A stretch of 64,000 nt of DNA, taken from NCBI GenBank assembly GCA_019057385.1, contig JAHQJS010000005.1, positions 32,001-96,000 on the forward strand, read 5' to 3'. How positions within the stretch are numbered: position 1 is the first letter of the stretch; each line of letters opens with the position of its first letter. Below are positions 59,027 to 64,000 of the stretch, piece by piece. A program made the position numbers and the translations under genes. Origin of the DNA: Candidatus Borrarchaeum weybense. GTDB lineage: Archaea; Asgardarchaeota; Sifarchaeia; Borrarchaeales; Borrarchaeaceae. The notes beneath the pieces were generated by a model, which saw only the letters and a list, made by a program, of their open reading frames with translations, did no database searches and was not told the DNA's origin.

Positions 59027-61447
59027 TTGGCAGTTTCATCAGTTCAGTCAGAATTGAAAGATATCATAATGAATGATCCTGAGGCTATCGATAGACTATT
59101 TGAGGGAGTCGTCCTTGAAGAACCAATCAAACACAGTTTCTTGAGCAGTTTGATCTCAGGACACCATATTCTTATTTTAGGACCCCCAGGCAGTGGTAAG
59201 ACGAAACTAGCCCTAAGTGTCGCAAAGATTCTGCCTCCTCTTAGAATTCTAAAAGAATGTATAATACGCAACACACCAGAGTCACAATGCCCTTGGTGTG
59301 AAAAAGAATGCCAAGAAACGATAGAGATTTCTGGCGAAGAAAGGATAACACGAATACAGGGCAGCCCTGAATTAGTTCCCGAAGATATTATAGGCGATAT
59401 TGACCCAGAAATGGCGTTGAAGTGGGGCACACACGACATCAGATCCTTCAGTCCAGGAAAGGTACTAAGGGCGAATAATGGGGTCCTCATACTTGACTTC
59501 ATTGATAGAATGCAAGAGCGTGTGATCAATACATTATTGGTAGCTATGGAAGGTGGAGATCAAATCGAAATTGGCCATTTTGACGAGAAAATCCCTGCAC
59601 TGGATCTAATAATAATTGCAACAGGAGCTTATCATGCAGTAGATGTACTACCCCAAGATCTTCTTGATCGATTTGATGTTATTCGGTTGGAATATATCAA
59701 AGATGATGATAAGGAAAAAGAAATCGTTGCAAAAGAAGTGAACATTCCACGAGAAAAGATGTTTTCCAAAGAATATCTGCTGGCTATGGCGCTTCTAAGA
59801 AACACCCGAGCACATGAAGACATCTTAAGGGGCGTAAGCACGAGAGGAGGAATCAGATTTTTTGAGTTATTAGAGGCCTTTTCCTTGATGAATGAAGAGA
59901 ATTCTGTTACACCTCAAGACATTTTAAAATCGGCTATGATCACATTACCGCATAGAATAAGGTTAAAGCCAACAGTCGAGAGATCACTGACGCCAAATGA
60001 TGTTATTTTGGATATTTTTGAAAGAACAGCAACAGCAACATTGGAAGAACAACTCATCAAAGAAGATGAGATTCGAAAGATCATAAGAGAACTGATGACT
60101 GAAAAAGAGATACAGAAACTCTTACGCTATGGTCATTACGACATAATCTTAGCGCGAATAGAAAACAGGCCAGATCTAACTCTTTCAAAAACTCATGAAA
60201 AGTTATTAGAGCAGATATTTAAGACTGAAAGAACAGAGTTTGGATTCAAAGTAATGCCAGATGAATTGAGACGAGATATAGAGAGAGAAACCGGAAAACA
60301 ACTCATTAAGAAACTCAAACTTAAAGCGCTCGAACAATTATTTGAAAAACTTGGAGAAATGAAAGTTCTAGAAACTACATTTCCAGGCTGGGTTTTAAGC
60401 ACAAAAGCAGCACAAGTATTTTTGGAAGAATTATTTCCAAGGGTATGGGGCTACGCACCATCTTTGAGTGAAGGGGCTCACCCTGTTGGCAAGAAGGCAT
60501 TTTCAGGATCCGGAAAAATTGTAGGTACTAGAAAATTTCGAACCGGCGACAGATACAGAGATGTTTCTATCAAAGAAACTATTAAGAATACCATTAGAGC
60601 AGGGCGCTCGACAGTCGAACGAGAAGATATAATGGCCTTTCAGAGAGAACCTCGCACGCGCGTTGAAATAATTTTACTTTTGGATATAAGTGGTACAATG
60701 CTTGAAGGAAATAAACTCTTACATGCTAAAAAAGCAGCGTCAGCCTTAGCATTAATGAGTTCAAAATACGGGGATCGCATGGGAATTGTTTCATTCAGTA
60801 ATAAAGGTAAGAAAGAACTTCGTTTAACAGACGATCCGAACATTCTCACAAAAAAGATCCTAGATCTGTTCGTCTTGAACAGGGGGGATGAAACGAATAT
60901 TGGTGAGGCATTGAGGATTGCACGTTTTATGATGATGAGAGAAGGGTCTACGTCTGCAACGAAGCATTTGATTTTGATATCAGATGGGGTACCTACGGCA
61001 CCTCAACCAAATCCGGAAGAATTCGCACTAAAAGAAGCTGTAGAGATCATTAGAAAAAAGATAACAATCTCAGCAATTTGTATTTGCACTGAAGAGGCTT
61101 CAGCAGAACCTGAATTCCTACGAAAAATCACAAAGATAGGACATGGTCGTCTCTTTCGTGTTGGAGAAGAGGAATTGCCACAAACACTATTGACTGAACA
61201 TGAATTTGTAAGAAAGATCTCGAAAAAATTGCCAAAGGGGATTGGTACTGCTGCTGAGAAACCGCTTAGAGCGATGATCTTATCTATTTTGGCGAAAGAA
61301 GGAGTAGCCGCAGTAAGTAGTCTTAGTAAGATCTTTGGAGTCAAAACGGAATGCATTGCAAAAGAACTGAGAGAGTTAGAAAACGAAAAAATCGTAGAAA
61401 AGGTTACAGTCGAGAGTGTGTACTTTTACTATATCGTCCCAACATAA
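59027..61447 (+). CDS. ChlD-like AAA+/vWA protein with C-terminal HTH
   Basis: GPPGSGKT, degenerate Walker B ILDFID, MIDAS DISGTM..T..SDG, C-terminal LSKIFGV..I.KELRELE. Confidence 0.85.
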   Translation: MAVSSVQSELKDIIMNDPEAIDRLFEGVVLEEPIKHSFLSSLISGHHILILGPPGSGKTKLALSVAKILPPLRILKECIIRNTPESQCPWCEKECQETIEISGEERITRIQGSPELVPEDIIGDIDPEMALKWGTHDIRSFSPGKVLRANNGVLILDFIDRMQERVINTLLVAMEGGDQIEIGHFDEKIPALDLIIIATGAYHAVDVLPQDLLDRFDVIRLEYIKDDDKEKEIVAKEVNIPREKMFSKEYLLAMALLRNTRAHEDILRGVSTRGGIRFFELLEAFSLMNEENSVTPQDILKSAMITLPHRIRLKPTVERSLTPNDVILDIFERTATATLEEQLIKEDEIRKIIRELMTEKEIQKLLRYGHYDIILARIENRPDLTLSKTHEKLLEQIFKTERTEFGFKVMPDELRRDIERETGKQLIKKLKLKALEQLFEKLGEMKVLETTFPGWVLSTKAAQVFLEELFPRVWGYAPSLSEGAHPVGKKAFSGSGKIVGTRKFRTGDRYRDVSIKETIKNTIRAGRSTVEREDIMAFQREPRTRVEIILLLDISGTMLEGNKLLHAKKAASALALMSSKYGDRMGIVSFSNKGKKELRLTDDPNILTKKILDLFVLNRGDETNIGEALRIARFMMMREGSTSATKHLILISDGVPTAPQPNPEEFALKEAVEIIRKKITISAICICTEEASAEPEFLRKITKIGHGRLFRVGEEELPQTLLTEHEFVRKISKKLPKGIGTAAEKPLRAMILSILAKEGVAAVSSLSKIFGVKTECIAKELRELENEKIVEKVTVESVYFYYIVPT

Positions 61448-61604
61448 GTTATAGATGGTCTTTCATAACAAGAGAAGTTAACAAAGGTTTAGAGAACCAA
61501 GTATATCTTTAAATTTCGATTGAAAAAGTATAGAAATTCTTGACATTATTCTAAAAAATAATTAAATTAAAAAAAAGGATTAGGCAGTGTAAGAGACTGA
61601 TTCT

Positions 61605-61817
61605 CTAACAAGAACTGTGTTCGATAGCTTCGTTTGGACATGCTGTGACGCAAGCACAACACTCTGTACATTCATCGATTTTTTCTACCACTGCTTTTCC
61701 ATCCACTACTTTGAACATTTCCACAGGACACATATCGACACAGTCTCCAACGCCTGTGCATTTATCATAGTCTACAGTGATGTCAATATCTAATTCGTCT
61801 GAGTGCCAAGTTGGCAT
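61605..61817 (-). CDS. Ferredoxin (possible 3Fe-4S/4Fe-4S)
   Basis: CTGVGDC..MCP and [12 protein letters not shown]. Confidence 0.88.
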   Translation of the reverse strand: MPTWHSDELDIDITVDYDKCTGVGDCVDMCPVEMFKVVDGKAVVEKIDECTECCACVTACPNEAIEHSSC

Positions 61818-61920
61818 TAATATCACCTAAATCATTTTTTATGGATTTAATTGGGCAAGTGATATCATTTGCTTTAAATAATTTTCGAATTTGGACTCAT
61901 ATACTTTATTTTGATTAGCA

Positions 61921-62139
61921 TCAGCAGCTACTGTGTGTGATTGCGTCCTCAGGACAAACTAAAACACATGCACAACATTCTGTACAGTCATCAAGGCGTA
62001 TTGGTACTGCTTTTTCTATTTCTTCGTCTATCTCTAAAACGTTTGTAGGGCAATTTTCAACACATGGTAAACACGCGTGGCATTTCTCGTAATCGATTGT
62101 AATCGTAAAATCAAGTTCATAATTTTTCCATTCAGGCAT
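61921..62139 (-). CDS. Ferredoxin 2x[4Fe-4S]
   Basis: [12 protein letters not shown] and [12 protein letters not shown]. Confidence 0.9.
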   Translation of the reverse strand: MPEWKNYELDFTITIDYEKCHACLPCVENCPTNVLEIDEEIEKAVPIRLDDCTECCACVLVCPEDAITHSSC

Positions 62140-62685
62140 AATTGTCACCCACATTTTTAAACTGCGATCAAATATAAAATCTCATAATTTAAATAAATAT
62201 CTAAATATGCACACTTGCTAATCAAACTAATTTGTTCTTGTTTGCAATATGATTTACGTCACGTAGGTAGTTTTTTAGGGTTGGATATTACGGAAAATCT
62301 CAAATCGGTTAATAAAGTTCGTAAAAAGGAATTATGAAAAATCTAATTGCGATGAAAACTGAGAAATCTTACTTAGCTGCAACTAAATATAAACCTGATA
62401 GCAGATTTTTTATTAGCGCGCGTTGTTTTAGTTGATTATAATCAATTATTTCATAAAAAGAAAATATTATAAATAAGAATAATAATGGTTGTTTGAGCAA
62501 TTTTTCGGAGGAAATACATTGCGAATCACCACATTATTCATTGATATACTAATGAGATTATTTGAGAGATTAGATGTATTTTTACTGAAACATAGAACAG
62601 TCTTACGTGTTCTGAAATAATTTCCTCATTTATTTTTTGAACTAATTCATGTTTAAATTATAATTGTTAAAGATAACATCTTTTA

Positions 62686-63912
62686 TTATAACATAGACTC
62701 TCTACTAGCAGCTATAACCTTGTCTAACTCTGATTGTAACTCTGACGGAAGTCCTTCGATTTTTACGTCCAAAAAACCGCTGACAATTGAAGTTGTGGCC
62801 TCTTCTTCGGTAAGACCTCGCGCTTGTAAGTACATAATCGATTCTTTTGCAATTTTTCCAACTGCAGCTTCATGAGATAACTCTACATCTGGGTTGACTC
62901 CCTCTAGCTCAGGTACCGCGCGAATGAATCCCCCTTCTTTTAATATGAGCCCTTCACATTCCAAATGACCTTTAACTCCAGGTGCATTACCTATTATGTG
63001 CCCACGAGCCCATATGTTTCCACCGGTAGTAATAGCGCGTGATATTATTTCAGCTCGGGATCCTTGGCCTAACAGATAGACACGAGCACCTGTATCGAGT
63101 TCGGAATGTGGTGGAGCCAGTAATATACTATGAAAACGCGCTGTTGCATTACGACCACATAGTTTAGTTGTAGGATATGCCTGAAGTGATCGAACAGGTT
63201 GCATAGACACATAATTGTTAAGAAAAATGCCACCATCTTCAACATTAATCCCAGTTCTAGGTCGGACTGCGATTTCAGGTGCCCAATTATGAATCATAGT
63301 AAAACTCAGTTTTGCATTTCGTTTTACATAGAATTCACTTACACCGATATGCGCTCCTCGTTGAACACGATGACTGACCGAGCAACCTGTAATTATGTCT
63401 AACTGTGCTCCCTCTTCAACGATGATAATGTTATGAACATTCTGAGCAATGTTATCCTGTGACATATACAGGCATGATTGAAGTGGTTGAATCGTTTTTA
63501 CTCCAGGCAACACACGTATGAAATAGCCTAGATGTTTTCCTTCTAATTCTGTATATGCAGTATATTTATCAGTATCTACGGCTACCGCCTTCCACCAGTA
63601 ATCTTTTAACCAAGAATGTTTTTTTAATGCGTTACCCGTGTTTAGAATCTCGATTCCATCCTGGGAAACCGAACTATGAACGACTGAGTTATCCATCATA
63701 ACAAAAGTGCCTGCACGATTATGTGCATCAGGTTCGACACCTGACATGCGCAAAGTCTTTTGTTCTTCCTTAGAAAACACAGTGAGATCGTCATAATAGG
63801 AATGCGGTGAGGGGTTCATAGAATATTTATCTAAATCAAGATCTTTACCTAATGAAGCTTTTTTACTCTTTGAAGAAATAGCTTTCTTCTTTATTTCATC
63901 AAAATCTGTCAT
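62686..63912 (-). CDS. sufB: SufB/SufD-family Fe-S scaffold (SmsB-like)
   Basis: PLQSC, HIGVSEF, GHLECEG, PELE, LSHEAAVGKI, YL.ARG. Confidence 0.92.
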   Translation of the reverse strand: MTDFDEIKKKAISSKSKKASLGKDLDLDKYSMNPSPHSYYDDLTVFSKEEQKTLRMSGVEPDAHNRAGTFVMMDNSVVHSSVSQDGIEILNTGNALKKHSWLKDYWWKAVAVDTDKYTAYTELEGKHLGYFIRVLPGVKTIQPLQSCLYMSQDNIAQNVHNIIIVEEGAQLDIITGCSVSHRVQRGAHIGVSEFYVKRNAKLSFTMIHNWAPEIAVRPRTGINVEDGGIFLNNYVSMQPVRSLQAYPTTKLCGRNATARFHSILLAPPHSELDTGARVYLLGQGSRAEIISRAITTGGNIWARGHIIGNAPGVKGHLECEGLILKEGGFIRAVPELEGVNPDVELSHEAAVGKIAKESIMYLQARGLTEEEATTSIVSGFLDVKIEGLPSELQSELDKVIAASRESML

Positions 63913-63924
63913 GCGTTATCACTT

Positions 63925-64000
63925 TTAAGAACTTTTCATTAAGCAAGCAACGCACTCTTCGTAACCCATCTTCCTAACATTCGCAAGAATGACTGATGGA
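63925..64000 (-). CDS. sufC: 3' end of SufC/SmsC-like ATPase (truncated by window)
   Basis: PSVILANVRKMGYEECVACLMKSS*; C-terminal CxxC directly upstream of sufB. Confidence 0.7.
   Translation of the reverse strand, partial: PSVILANVRKMGYEECVACLMKSS

Noticed and set aside
78-63402. Numerous short ORF-track entries antisense to or nested in long genes (e.g. 1929-2231, 10579-10932, 26963-27439, 45438-45827, 59044-59529)
   Set aside because: Fully overlap well-supported genes and carry no motifs; shadow ORFs

Overview
AT-rich archaeal chromosomal window, most likely from an Asgard archaeon. That placement is inferred from the core archaeal information genes together with TRAP-beta-like, CINP-like and PAC4-like eukaryote-signature candidates. 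It opens with an ORB-like box and cdc6/orc1, convergent with the PolD small subunit. Housekeeping genes follow: Lhr helicase, RNase Z, Trm11, Prs, Cgi121, Alba, HypF, RtcA, TFB, Gar1, a two-intron tRNA-Ser, proteasome beta, MGMT, UbiX, uL16 and MTAP. A small accessory patch with a tyrosine recombinase lies at 32-36 kb. A long redox/sulfur-relay region runs from 36 to 54 kb (Isf, AfpA, TusA, DsrE/F/H, nitroreductase, FprA, TrxB, FIST, ferritin, rubrerythrin). The window also holds two complete TnpA-less IS605-group tnpB elements, a DapA-Fae fusion, a ChlI/ChlD-like ATPase pair, two ferredoxins and sufBD/sufC. The best candidate for a novel system is a compact, array-less CRISPR-derived module at 48.26-50.38 kb. 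It comprises an unannotated divergent ribbon-helix-helix gene with three operator-like repeats, a Cas7-like RAMP, a Cas5-like RAMP fused to a Cas10-type HD nuclease, and structured non-coding flanks. A second notable signal is that two essential genes (TFB and uL16) appear to start at ATT codons. All protein family calls come from motif recognition by eye; no searches were run.
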